Positions 53,244 through 64,000 of a DNA stretch of 64,000 nucleotides are shown here, in pieces; within the stretch, counting starts at the first letter, position 1, and each line of letters opens with the position of its first letter. The stretch covers positions 62,001-126,000 of the forward strand of contig JAMDHS010000046.1 in the NCBI GenBank assembly GCA_029717555.1, read 5' to 3'. The notes beneath the pieces were generated by a model. That model was not told where the DNA came from. It did no database searches and saw only the letters and a list, made by a program, of their open reading frames with translations. Source of the DNA: Peribolospora baueri (taxonomy: Eukaryota). Position numbers and translations under genes: made by a program.

Positions 53244-53645
53244 GTTTGATCAAGGGTATCAGGCGCCGTGTGAGAAGACAAGAGAAGCGTGGGGGGGATG
53301 GAGGAGTGAAGTGGAGTCGTGAATGGTGGTCAGAGGTCGCGATGAGAGCGTCGCTCCTCGTCGTCGTCCGTCGTCGATGGTTCTGCGCGAGGGCGATCGG
53401 TGGGCTCGAGCCGCAGCAGCTGCGTAACGAAGGTCGGCCGCCGATCGGTCGCGCGCAACGTCGCACCAAATCCTCATCCATCGACATATACCCTGCCCTG
53501 CTCGCAGCGTCCTCTCCGCCGCTCCACATACCGTCGCTTTCTGCAACTGGGCATGCTCTGGACGAGTGGTTTTGCTTATACTACCAAAAGCATATGTAAT
53601 AAGAACCGGCAATTTGCGTTCGTCTCGATCGTCCGCTTCGTCCGT

Positions 53646-56335
53646 CTACACTGTTCTGGACGATTCGTCCGACTCGGACGGACTCGTCTCCGTCCAGCCC
53701 ACTCCCACCTCCTGGAACCTCAGCACCTCGTCGCCCACACTGATCCAATACCCTCCCTTTTCCATTTCTTCTCTCTCCCCTTCCCCACTGCCGGTGCGGC
53801 AGGCCATCTCGTCCCGCTTCCCCGTCTCCTCGGGAGCACATTGGAGATGGCGCCGAGCGGCGGGACCTGCGCACAGGTTGCGCGCAAAAAGCTCCAGTAC
53901 GTTCGGCGATCGTGACTTGCCACTCCTGCTCCGGCCCCGGCCGGACGAGGGAAATGGGCGGGGGAGGTAGGGCAAAATAAGGTCTGTCGTTGGAGAAGAG
54001 GAGATGGCATAGCGCAGAGGAGGACGATGCGATGCGGGGTGTGGTGATAGTCAGCAACGGCGGTGGTGCGAGTGATGCGCTCGTGTGGCTAACCCCGTTC
54101 GATCATTGATAGACTTCACCCTGCGAAAGAAAGAAAAGGTCGCGCTCACCGTAGACGTCGGGCTTTCGAGAATGCCCGATCGGGACGCTCATGAACGCTT
54201 TCGTCTCCGGCGGTTCTTCCCACTCTTCTTCGTCGTCTTCGTTGTCCTCCTCCCCTAGGTCGTCTCCTCGGTCTTTGGCTGTCGGCTTCTTCCCTTTCTC
54301 TCGCTGCCATACGTGGCTCCAGCATGTTTGCTCCAAGTCTCGATTCAGGGTCGGCCCGGGCCACCTGCCCAATATGAGCACCTCGTAAGGCTTCCGATGG
54401 GCGTTGTGAACGGAGAACACGGGCAACCCGCCAAGTTTGGCGCTGTCCTTCTCGTCCTTCTCCTCCGAGGGATCAGCCGCCACTTCGGCGCCAGAAGTGA
54501 TCTTGATCCATGTCCAGCACGCCACGGGCTCGATGCCCCATGCGGGGAGGAGCTTTCGGAGGACGAAGAGTTGATGTTTGGGCTGGAGGTAGACGCGTCG
54601 TGTTTCGGATAAGGAACAAGAAGAATTTGGTCGGTTTCGTCGAACAACGCGCAGAAAAGGAAAGGATCTAGGAAAAGGCGCACCCACCGCGTTTGTTACC
54701 CAAACGCCCACCAACGCGCCCTTCTTCACCCTGCCCTCACACAGCAAGGGCTTGACGGGCAATTTAAAGAGGTCGTACAAGTCTGGAAGCGTGCTGTAGG
54801 CAGATGTTTTTCGAGCGCGTTTGGCCGAGCGGCTGAAGTAGGGTGGGTCTAAGAGGATAGCCGAAAGGGGTCCTGTTTCGTCTTGCAGAAGACGGATGAA
54901 CACATGTCAATGCGAGAGCGACCGAGAAGAAGATGGTCGATCCACTCACCTAGTAATGACTCGAGTGCACTCCATCCTTCGCCGCCTCCCTCTCCCATAC
55001 CCGTACCGGATTTTTTCCCCCAATATCGCTTCCTGCCTCTTCCAACGGGCAATGCCCCCGTGGCTGTCGCGGGTCTCTCTGCAAATAGATCGGTAAAGAC
55101 GAACGCGGAACGCGGCGGGATGAGGAAGCGGTGTGAAGGCGCTGCTTGAATCGAGCCGCCGGTCGAAGAAGCGTCGTGCAGATCGGGAGCCTCGACGGTG
55201 AGCGAGGTACTTTGAGAAAGAGATGAGTGCATAAAGGTGCGGTGGAAAAGACTGCGTAGAGAAAGAGCTGGCTCGGTGGAAGGCGGGTCGAACCCGACTA
55301 TGCATGCGGGCAGAGCATTTGTTCATCTCAGCCGGATACAGAGAACGACGAATCCCTGGAACCATTGAACTCACAGTCAAACGCTTTCGGTAGTTCATTA
55401 TCCTCACTGTTTGTGGCGCCGAACTTTTCCCTGATCCTTCTCTCCTCCCTCATTTGATTTGCGAGGAGAGATTGCCAGGCGGCGGTGTCCAAATGGACGT
55501 TTCCACGCTCCTGTTCCGGGAATTTATCAGAACGTATAAGTGCGGACGGAGACAGCTCCGCTCCATCCCCGTTTTCACGCTGGGACAACTCTCCGACGAC
55601 TCCCCAACTGTGGGGATCCAAGGAGACCCGCAAGCGCCCTGTTGCTCGCTCATCCCACCACCGAAGAGGAGCACGCTGGCATCGGCTACCGATGAAACCT
55701 TGCTCATCTCCGCAGCCTCTGCCGATCCCCGTCCTTTTTCGCCACCCAGCAATCCAAGCGCTTCTGAGTGCTGCGTGTGCAGCCAAAAGCATGGCGGGGT
55801 CGGTTGCGCGCCGCAAGAGCTCGAGCTTATCAGGCGTCGCCCCTATCCGGACTTCCGTGGCATTGTGTGTCGACGAGTCGGCCAGGGCAGAGAATGTCGG
55901 ACGCTCTTCCTTCCGCGACTGGTCGGAAGAAGCAACACCTTTGGAGCCTTTCGTTCTCTTCCTTCGCTGGTCGCTTCCACGTCCATCTCGTCCTTCGTCA
56001 TCGTCTCCCCATTCCTCCCCGGCACCATCGGTCTGCGACGAATCCACCGAAGCGGGGTCACTGACGCGACTCGAGTCCCAAGGTTGAGCTGGAGGCCACT
56101 TGCGGAGTAGCATAACATATTGCAGGGGTGCATGTATGAGTTGTGTCGAGAATGGGTCGAGGAGGTGGATGGGAGTTGCTGCTGACGCTCTTGCAGGGCC
56201 ACCGAAAGTTGGAGAGACGGGCGCGCTGCTGGTGCCGGCGCTGTACGCCGATGAAGGCTCTCGCCCCCCGAAGAGGGTAAGAAGGACGGAGCCGCCGCTT
56301 CTGGTTCCGTGTGAGCCCACACGTGCGTGCTCCAT
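53646..56335 (-). CDS. METTL4: MT-A70 family N6-adenine methyltransferase, METTL4-like, multi-exon
   Basis: FLIPPRSAF, ILLDPPY, GVWVTN, WTWIKIT, HRKPYEVLILG, SVPIGHSRKP, LELFARNL, WISVGDEVLRFQ. The 5' structure is approximate. Confidence 0.85.
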
Positions 56336-56847
56336 GTACTGAACGATGTCAAGCTGGTCGTTTCATTCAACTCGAGTCGAGCGAGGATGAATGCATGACA
56401 TCAAGAGCGAAACTTCCCTGCGCTTGGGCCACCGATCGAAGCTGCGGCCAGCGACGAGCTCATCTTCGGGGAAAGACGGGCATTGGCGGCATAAAGGCCG
56501 GCTCTGTACGGGCGAAGAGAAGATCGGAGGTGAGAAGCGGACCGTCTTGACCACCTCACCTCGTCCCTTCACCCTTCCACCTTCCCTCCAGCGCCCCCCG
56601 TCCGGCGTAACGACTCGGTTTGGCGTGGCTGTCAAGGCGCGTGCAATAATCCCGCTGGGAAAGCACGTCTAAGCTGAGGAGCATTTGGGCAGGGCTCGCC
56701 GGGCTCGAGGAAGTGAGTTGCTTCCACCGTCTTCTTCTCCAGCACGGCACGTCCAACACCGTGCGTGCATCGGTCAGGTCGCCTACAAAACGACAGACGC
56801 ATTGACCATACCTCTCCTTCTTTCCTCTTCAGTGCCATGACGTATTC

Positions 56848-59800
56848 ATGCCACGCCCTCCCCAAAGCGCCTCGAACGCTTTCCACTCGCTCGGCAAAGC
56901 TGCTACCACGTCGAGCAGGCCCACTTCGCCCTCCTCTAGCCCATCAGGCTTGCTTTTCTCCTCCGGCCGCCGTACGCTTGTGGCGCCTCCGCCGCCCGTC
57001 TATCAGCCATATCTTCCCTTTCTCTTTCCGCCCTCTTGCTTCTACCCTTCCTCGACGCGGCCGCTTCGTCCGGCGCTCGATCGGCCCACATCGCTCCTAG
57101 TGCATCGTAGGGCTATGTCTTCTCAGGCCGTCCAACCTGTGCCCGAAGCAGTGGGACAGCATTGCTGCGCGTCGACCCTGGAGGACGTTGCGCTAGAAAA
57201 GTCCACGGAGGAAGCGTCCACTTCCGAGTTTCCATCGGAAACCGACGTCCGTCGATGGATCGCCAACATTATCACCCAGACTCCTTCCTTCACGCAGCTC
57301 AGGAAAGCATTACACGGTTTCGTCGCCTCCCTTCGGCGCTTCGCCGAAGGCGCAGACGCGCACGGCGACCGAATGGACCGGCATCGTCTCCTCCTTCGCA
57401 ACATTCCCCTCGTCAGGCTCGTCTACAGGCAGGCGATATCTGCGTGCGCCGCCAAGGGCCAACCGAGATATGCATGGCGGCTCTTACTGGACCTCATGGA
57501 GGTATCTTTGACGTCTCCTATCGACGGCCATGTCGAACCCGAGGGCGACGCCACAGACGCAAATGGCAAAGGCCAGTCTCAACGGCCTTTCCAACGAAAT
57601 CCGCCCAAGCAAGTCGAAATCCCACCTCGCCCCCGCGTCATTCAGCTGGTTGTCGAAGGGCTCTGCGCCGTCAAGCCTGGGATGTCCGAGAAAAAGTACG
57701 AGGGTCAGCTCCTGCTGGCTTCCCGACTGCTCAAGCTGCTCGCTTCGAAAGGCATTTTCGCGAACCAAATCGCTTACGGAGCCCTGCTCGATGCGTACCT
57801 CGCTCGCGGACATTTGTCCCGTGCGACGAGCCTTTATGCCCGTCAGTGCGAGTTGTACGCTCACCCTCCTGGGGACACTGGTCGACGAGTCGTAGGTCGA
57901 CCACGGTTAGACAATCTTCGCGATCTCGTCGCGTCTCTCGACCGCGCTCATCGTCTCGCCTTCGAGTCCGGGGATACCAACCTTCAAGTGACTGCAGCGA
58001 AGGCCATGGAGAAGGTGATCTTGTTGTTGCATACCGGACTATTGCCACCGTTCTACAGTCTCTCCTTCCTGGTAGCCGCCGTGTGCTCGATGCTCCGGCG
58101 TCACTCCGACCTCTTTACTGCGCTCGGCAGTGTGCATCCTGAGCGAGCTGCACTCAAGCACGTTTGCAGGACCTTCAACGTCGTCCTGGTCCGCTTGATC
58201 AATGATCTCCCCGTCCGGAAGCCAACTTCAACAACCGACGGTGCTCCGGGTCGCTCTAGGCCTCCCTTCGATCTTTACACCTGCAACAGCTTGCTTCATT
58301 TCGCTCTCCACCATCAACGCTCCCCCTCGCTCGGAAACCTGGTTCTCCGACATATGACGCACGGTCGAGACGTGCCGTTGTCACCCAGTGCGTCTACGCT
58401 GAACGTGGTGGCACGGCAGGCCACGCTGATGAGGATGAACGATGTCGCGCAGAGAGCTCTGCTGGCCTTCGAGGGGACCGCAGCAAAGGAAGGAGAAGCG
58501 GCCGTTGGAAAAGGGTTTGAAGGACAGACGAACGCCTGCACGGCTGATGCACGAGAGTTGTCCCCACAAGGGTCAGATGTCGTCGACAGCAGCGCTCAGT
58601 CCGAGCCTCTCCTTACTCCTGACGCTTACACCGTCTTGTGCGTCATTCAGCTCCTCGTCGCTACCGGTCGACCTATCAAAGCGGCCTCACTGGCGTATCA
58701 GATTTGCCCTGAACTCGGAGCCCCTCAGCGGTTCGAGCGCCCTTTTTCTCGTCCGCAGTTCCGCCCATCCTCGCAGCTCACACGGTCTGCTAGCGATCGA
58801 CGCTCGAAGCCAGCCACCTACGGGGCGGACAGTGCATTCGGTGGAAGCGCCGTCGAGCCAGCAGTAGTGATCGCCTTGCTCAATGCCGCGGCCAAGGCAG
58901 GCAAGACGGGCCTGGCGGAGAGGTTGTACGCCCTGCTCCGCGCCGCCTCTCAACGCAGCTTCGAGCGAGCGTCGGGACAAGGAGATTCTTCTCCCGATTC
59001 TACTCCACGACCATGGCACGTCCCCATCGCCGCCTCTACAATCATGATGCAAGTGTATGTCCGCGAGGCTCGCAAAGGCCTTTTTCTCTTCCGAGGACCG
59101 GCCGCGAGGGAGCCGACGACGTCGACGGGCCTGACACCTAACGAGGTAGCGCGATTCAATGTCGACGCGGGTCGATCTAGCCTTGGGGCCAGGGAGTCTA
59201 AGGAAGCGGAGAAGAGGCGGCTGAACGAGCTTCGATACGTGCGCGGCTGGGGCAGGTTGGCGTCATCGACCGCAGCACGCCCTGGTTCTGGGGCCCAAAA
59301 TCTATTTTTCAAGTCTTCCAGACGCCCTCGCTCGCATCCTCCATCTGGCCATCCGAGTCCAGCTGTCGGTCGTAAGGTGGAGAGGTGGTGCATGGCTCGC
59401 TGGGCGGGCCTCCAGATCTACAAAGATCAGAGGCAAGCATGGCGGCTCTACCGCGATGTCGTCGAGACCCCCTTTCTCGACCGCGCCGACGCTGCCCCCG
59501 CCCTCGTCCACGGTCCGGTCTCGAAAGACGGCAAGCCCCCGGATCCTTTCGAAAACGTTGCCTCGCACCCTCCGCCTCCAATCCCCGACGCCCGCTTTTT
59601 CAACGCCGTCCTCGACCTCTTCGGCCGTCTCAACTTCGTCCGCACTCGTCCTACACAGTATCGTCGAAATCGGTGGGCGTCCAAATCGGACCTCTCTGGA
59701 AACGATACCACCGTCGATCTATCTGCCGCCATGCCTAAGTCGCAAGAATCGCCCAGAATGGCGTCCGCCGGTGCAGATGACGGATGGGAAGACGCGGACG

Positions 59801-60210
59801 AGCTCTCGACAAAAGCGAAAGCCACGCGTGACCCGATTCTGCCACTCATCGTCGACGACATGGTCGCGCTCGGCGTCGAGGTGCCTGTCGCTTTCGCCGC
59901 GCTCGTCCCCACGCGCGAGGATGGCAAATCCGGAGGGGTTGAATCTACTGCTTCTGGTTCTCGGGGACCATCCTGTCAAGACTTGGAGGCCGGCCAACAA
60001 GCCCGGCGAAAATCTGACGTCGAGAGACGCCGCCATGCTCAAGTGTTGGAAGCCGAACAGACTCGAGACACGTCAGCTCTGAACGGCAGAAGTTTCAATC
60101 CGTTCGCAGTGCTCGTGATGAAGAGCAGAGGTCTGCCACGGAGGAGGTACGGTCGACGTCGTGGAGCAAGGAAGACGGCGGACTCGGGGCAAGACGCAAG
60201 GAGGGAGTAA
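56848..60210 (+). CDS. Large intronless protein (1120 aa) with degenerate pentatricopeptide-like repeats, possibly mitochondrial
   Basis: Uninterrupted 3.4-kb ORF; PPR-like helices NQIAYGALLDAYLARGHLSRATSLY, DLYTCNSLLHFAL, ALLNAAAKAGKTGLAERLY, PDARFFNAVLDLF; Arg/Ser-rich, acid-poor N-terminus. Confidence 0.6.
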   Translation: MPRPPQSASNAFHSLGKAATTSSRPTSPSSSPSGLLFSSGRRTLVAPPPPVYQPYLPFLFPPSCFYPSSTRPLRPALDRPTSLLVHRRAMSSQAVQPVPEAVGQHCCASTLEDVALEKSTEEASTSEFPSETDVRRWIANIITQTPSFTQLRKALHGFVASLRRFAEGADAHGDRMDRHRLLLRNIPLVRLVYRQAISACAAKGQPRYAWRLLLDLMEVSLTSPIDGHVEPEGDATDANGKGQSQRPFQRNPPKQVEIPPRPRVIQLVVEGLCAVKPGMSEKKYEGQLLLASRLLKLLASKGIFANQIAYGALLDAYLARGHLSRATSLYARQCELYAHPPGDTGRRVVGRPRLDNLRDLVASLDRAHRLAFESGDTNLQVTAAKAMEKVILLLHTGLLPPFYSLSFLVAAVCSMLRRHSDLFTALGSVHPERAALKHVCRTFNVVLVRLINDLPVRKPTSTTDGAPGRSRPPFDLYTCNSLLHFALHHQRSPSLGNLVLRHMTHGRDVPLSPSASTLNVVARQATLMRMNDVAQRALLAFEGTAAKEGEAAVGKGFEGQTNACTADARELSPQGSDVVDSSAQSEPLLTPDAYTVLCVIQLLVATGRPIKAASLAYQICPELGAPQRFERPFSRPQFRPSSQLTRSASDRRSKPATYGADSAFGGSAVEPAVVIALLNAAAKAGKTGLAERLYALLRAASQRSFERASGQGDSSPDSTPRPWHVPIAASTIMMQVYVREARKGLFLFRGPAAREPTTSTGLTPNEVARFNVDAGRSSLGARESKEAEKRRLNELRYVRGWGRLASSTAARPGSGAQNLFFKSSRRPRSHPPSGHPSPAVGRKVERWCMARWAGLQIYKDQRQAWRLYRDVVETPFLDRADAAPALVHGPVSKDGKPPDPFENVASHPPPPIPDARFFNAVLDLFGRLNFVRTRPTQYRRNRWASKSDLSGNDTTVDLSAAMPKSQESPRMASAGADDGWEDADELSTKAKATRDPILPLIVDDMVALGVEVPVAFAALVPTREDGKSGGVESTASGSRGPSCQDLEAGQQARRKSDVERRRHAQVLEAEQTRDTSALNGRSFNPFAVLVMKSRGLPRRRYGRRRGARKTADSGQDARRE

Positions 60211-60413
60211 ACGGGAGACCCGCTCCGGATAGCGGACGACGTTGAATGAAATGGTTTACTCTGTATTGCATGCAAGAATAGACATCGCAGTTCGCAAGCG
60301 CACGTCCGATGATCGTATTTTGATCGTGCCATCGTCTGCAAAAAGTATTCGTAAGAAATGCTGCATGCTATCCGATCGAGGAGATAAGTATGCAAACAAC
60401 TCTTGAGCACTCA

Positions 60414-63400
60414 TCATCGTCCCGCTTCTTCCTCGTTCCCATCATCTCCGGTTGTCGGCCGTGCCTGTCCTCCGAGGAGCCTATCAAAAGCCCATCGAAA
60501 GTTGTCCATCAAGCCGGTCGTCGCACCGCTGCCTCCCCCCCCACCGTCCGCTTCTTCCCCTTCCTCTTCTTCCTCTTCCGTCGTGAAATCGTCGTCTTCC
60601 TCCAGACCTGCATCTTCGTCGATGTCGCTGTGAGGGAAGCCGCCTGGAGGCGTGTCGGCTCCTCGTAACTGATGCCCTAGGGCGGCAAAGTTGGCCAGTC
60701 GGGCTATCATGTCGGCCTGAAGGATCAAGAGCAAGAGGAAAAGCGTTAATGTTAACGTCAGCCGTGCGCATTGGCCCAGCCATGCCGGGACAAGGAAAAG
60801 GAGGGAGCGAGGCCGTCGGCACACTCGCCCTCTGTCTATCGTCCATGCCGCCAATAATGTCCCCCCACTCCTCCTGCTGATTGCCGAGCATGTCCCGCAG
60901 TGAATTGACGAAAGCCTGGATCAGTCCTTCGTCCTCCTCTTCCCCATCCTCACCCAAGATGCCTCTCGCGCCTCCAGCCCTCCTGCGCGCGCCGCCCGTC
61001 ACGCCAGAGAAGTATGCGTCGTCGTATGCCATGCCGTCGCTCGGTCGGAGCGGGTCAAATGCCACTTGACTTCTTGAGGTCACACGTGGGGGAAGAAAAG
61101 CGAGGAGGGGTTGCATCTCGGAGACGACGACGTGGCGGTAGATGCCTTCCTTGACGAGTTCACTCGGCACGGCCTGCTCCATAGCGGGACGCGCTGAGTC
61201 CTGCATCTCCGTCCACGCCAAGGGCAACTGCTCCTTGAGCCAGGCGGCGACGCCCGGCTCCCTCCAGAGGGATTCTGAGCGGTGAACGTACAGCCGGGCG
61301 AGGAGGTGGGGAGTCGTATCTATCTCATCCGTCCACCTCGTCTCGATCCGGAGTCGTTGGTCCGATCGCATGCCCTGAGGGACGGGGAGGCTGAGCTTGT
61401 CGGCCAACAAAGGCACCACGGCAGGATGGCGAATAATGGCTTCCCGAAGGGCGCCTGACGAAATGATGTGGGTCTGCCAGAGGGAACGAACGAGCACGAA
61501 GAGACGATCGGTCGTCATCTCGGAGATCGGAACGAAAAGCAGTCCCCGTCTCCGCTAATTGGGGACCATTCCTCCTCACCTTCTCGCCTTCCGCGTCCTC
61601 TTTCTCCCTCAGCGCCAAAGCTCTCGTCCACCACAAACCCGGGGCCCAATCCACACCGATGTCGGCGTCATTAGCGCCGAGGTCCTTACGCAACGTCGGA
61701 AGCCGTTCGATGAGATCGAGCAGCCACGCGTGCTGTCTCGACTTTATGGCGAGGAAGTCGAGATGCAGGAAAGCGCCTGTCATTCAGATGGAGAGGATTT
61801 TGTTTGTCAACCTTCGAATATGCTCCGGCTATGACTTCAGTTCTGAGTCCGAAAACGAAAGATTTCACTGACCATGTGGATCTCGAACGGGATCGAGAGC
61901 GAGGAGGAGCCTGGCAAACTCCATCGCAGTCCTCCAAGTACCTCTCCTCTGCAAGAAGATGAGGTAGCGATGCAAAGCGAGCCAGAGCGGTCTGTTCTCG
62001 ATGCGCGAAAAATCGAGCCAGGGTTGGCCGTTGGCGAAAGAAAAGTTGGGGTGGGCGGCGCGCTCAAAGGCAAAAAGGGCACGGAGGATGAAATCGGAGG
62101 AGGCACCGATGTCGTCTTGGTGGCGGGAGACTTCGGCTCTGGAGAGCGGAGGCGAGAAAAGACGGGTTAGGTCGAAAGTCGGGAATGCGCAGGACGGTGG
62201 ACGGACAATCCAGGGGCTCACAGTTGGAGAAGGGTGTCGATGTGCCAGGGGAAAACTCGTAGTAGTGCGACGAGCGTGTTAGGGTCTGACCATCATTCGA
62301 TGACCGCCAAAGAAGTAGCACACACGCCATCAGTATGACGCCCCGACGAATCGAAGGATAAAGGAGACGATGAGGAGACCGCTCACCGTAGCTGCCGACA
62401 GCACCCAAAAACTGATATTGAGCCTCCTTGTATGCCCTACTGTGTTTGTACGTGTACACTCTGCCCGCACCGCCGTCGCTGACGACCTCCATACTCAGGC
62501 CGGTGACCGTGCTCGCGATGGGCGGCCAAGTGTCCTTGGGCTTGACGAGCACGCTCCGCACCCGCGCGTTGGGGTTGGACGCCGCGCCACCCCTCCTCCG
62601 AGCGCTGGCCGCGATACTGGAGGCTTGGGAAGCTTCGAAGGACTTTACGACCGATGCGCCAAAGAGTCGTCGGAGCTCGGTGTCCGGGTCGAGCGCCTTG
62701 GGGTCGACGGAGAGGAGGGAGCGGAGCTGAGCAGTGACGGAGGAGGAAGAGGCGTCGTTGTTGGAGGCCGAGCGTGTTGGGTGCCGCGCAGAGGAAGTAG
62801 AGGCGGAGGCCGACGGCCCAAGCTGGTCGAGCATTCGGCTAAGCTCTTCGATGGTCAGGTCGTCCACGCGCGCGCCTTTGGCCTTGGCGCCGCCCTTGCG
62901 CTTCCCCTTCTGCTTGGCAGACGACCTGGACGCGACACCGCCGGGCGTCTCAAGGGGCTTAGGAGACGACAGAGGTGTCGTAGAGCTTTCGACGCCCGGA
63001 GACGAAGAGGCGACCGTCATCTCCACAGCGCCATTACCCTTCTTCTTCTTCTTTTTCTTCTTCTTCTTTTCCGAGCTGGCCTTGCCCGAACCGGAAGCGG
63101 TAGAGACGTGCTCGCGACTGTCGTCCTCCTCCTCGTCCGCCGCGTCGTCCGCATTCAGCTAGTATAAAGATAAATGAGGGGAAAATGGGACAAGAAAGAG
63201 GGAAGAAGGGTAAGGAGGAATTACATATGGCAGATATGGAAAAGACCACATGGCGGTCCGAATCGAATCGAATCGAGTCGGCGTCGTCTAACTCAACAAA
63301 AACTCACAGCAGCGAACATGCCACCTGCGCTCGGGCCCGATCGCAGCCCCCTCGCCTTGGCGCCCGTGTTCCGGCCGTCCTCCTCCTCCTCCTCGTCTCC

Positions 63401-63574
63401 TCCCTCCCCCGTCGCCTCATCCTCCCCTCGTCCTCGCCCGCCGCCATCCTCAGAAACCCCGCGATCGTTGCTGGACGTGGGCACGCCCTTGCCACCCCTA
63501 ACCGAGGCGGCGGCAAGGATGTCGGCCAGCTCGTCTCGCTCGCGCGCCTGGCGCCTAGTGAGCCTTTTCGACAT
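60414..63574 (-). CDS. RQC1: Ribosome quality-control factor Rqc1/TCF25, multi-exon
   Basis: MSKRLTRRQ, LDPDTELRRLFG, HSRAYKEAQYQF, PWHIDTLLQL, RALFAFER, ENRPLWLAL..RRGTWRTAMEFARLLLALDP..DPHG|AFLHLDFLAIK, FDPLRP. Confidence 0.92.
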
Positions 63575-64000
63575 GTGCGGTGGGGCCGATCAAGGAGAAG
63601 TAAGAAAAGGAGGCCGATCAAAGAAGAAGTAAGCAATTCAGTTAAGAGGGCGGACGGAAGGATGATCCAAACAAAGAACGTAGCGAGCGAGCGAGCGAGA
63701 GCGGTCTATGCACTACCAGAAGCGCGAGCCATCCATTGTCTCGTATAATATGAATCGAATCGCGAAGCTTACGTGAAAGAACAAAGCAACCGATCCGTTC
63801 ACATCCGCCTATCTCCGGCTTTTGACCACATCGCCTCTCCATCCCTCAAAACTGGATCGCCGCCCCCACTCGCTCTCTAACTATGTTATCTTTGTGCATG
63901 GGTTAGCGGCTCTCACAGTGAGGTTTTAACCGAGTGGAGCCAATTTGCTAGTTGCAAACAAACTATCCTTTACGTGCGCCTCTGTATAGAGGTAGCCAAT

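Noticed and set aside
63900..63945. tRNA or snoRNA suggested by the ggctc..gagcc hairpin
   Set aside because: No cloverleaf, T-loop or box motifs can be supported.

Overview
Eukaryotic, GC-rich, intron-dense genomic DNA from a basidiomycete fungus (short GT-AG introns with CTRAC/CTCAC-type branch sites, fungal gene families). There is no prokaryotic content, no CRISPR and no recognisable tRNA/rRNA. About 20 spliced or intronless genes can be reconstructed: EFM3-like lysine methyltransferase (runs off the left edge), SEC63, a secreted aspartic protease, a CoA-type Nudix hydrolase, two MFS transporters, DHX35, a DNAJC3/JEM1-like co-chaperone, an intronless copper-radical oxidase, HID1, BXI1, NAS6, a small basic protein, two secreted proteins of no family I recognise, TAF4, a METTL4-like MT-A70 enzyme, an intronless PPR-like protein and RQC1/TCF25. 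Accessory or unusual material: (i) a decayed C2-Goodbye-TPR immune-receptor-like gene with an internal deletion (22.9-25.6 kb); (ii) a lower-GC island with a Uma2-like PD-(D/E)XK nuclease remnant and another decayed spliced gene (32.8-36.9 kb); (iii) a TA-flanked 674-bp Tc1/mariner-type MITE inside a bidirectional promoter; (iv) a secreted precursor with alternating acidic spacers and Lys/Ala cationic blocks; (v) recurrent GCCACGTG elements, including a 40-bp palindrome, upstream of ER/secretory genes; (vi) a TAF4 start codon split by an intron. All calls come from manual reading and motif recognition; no database searches were run.
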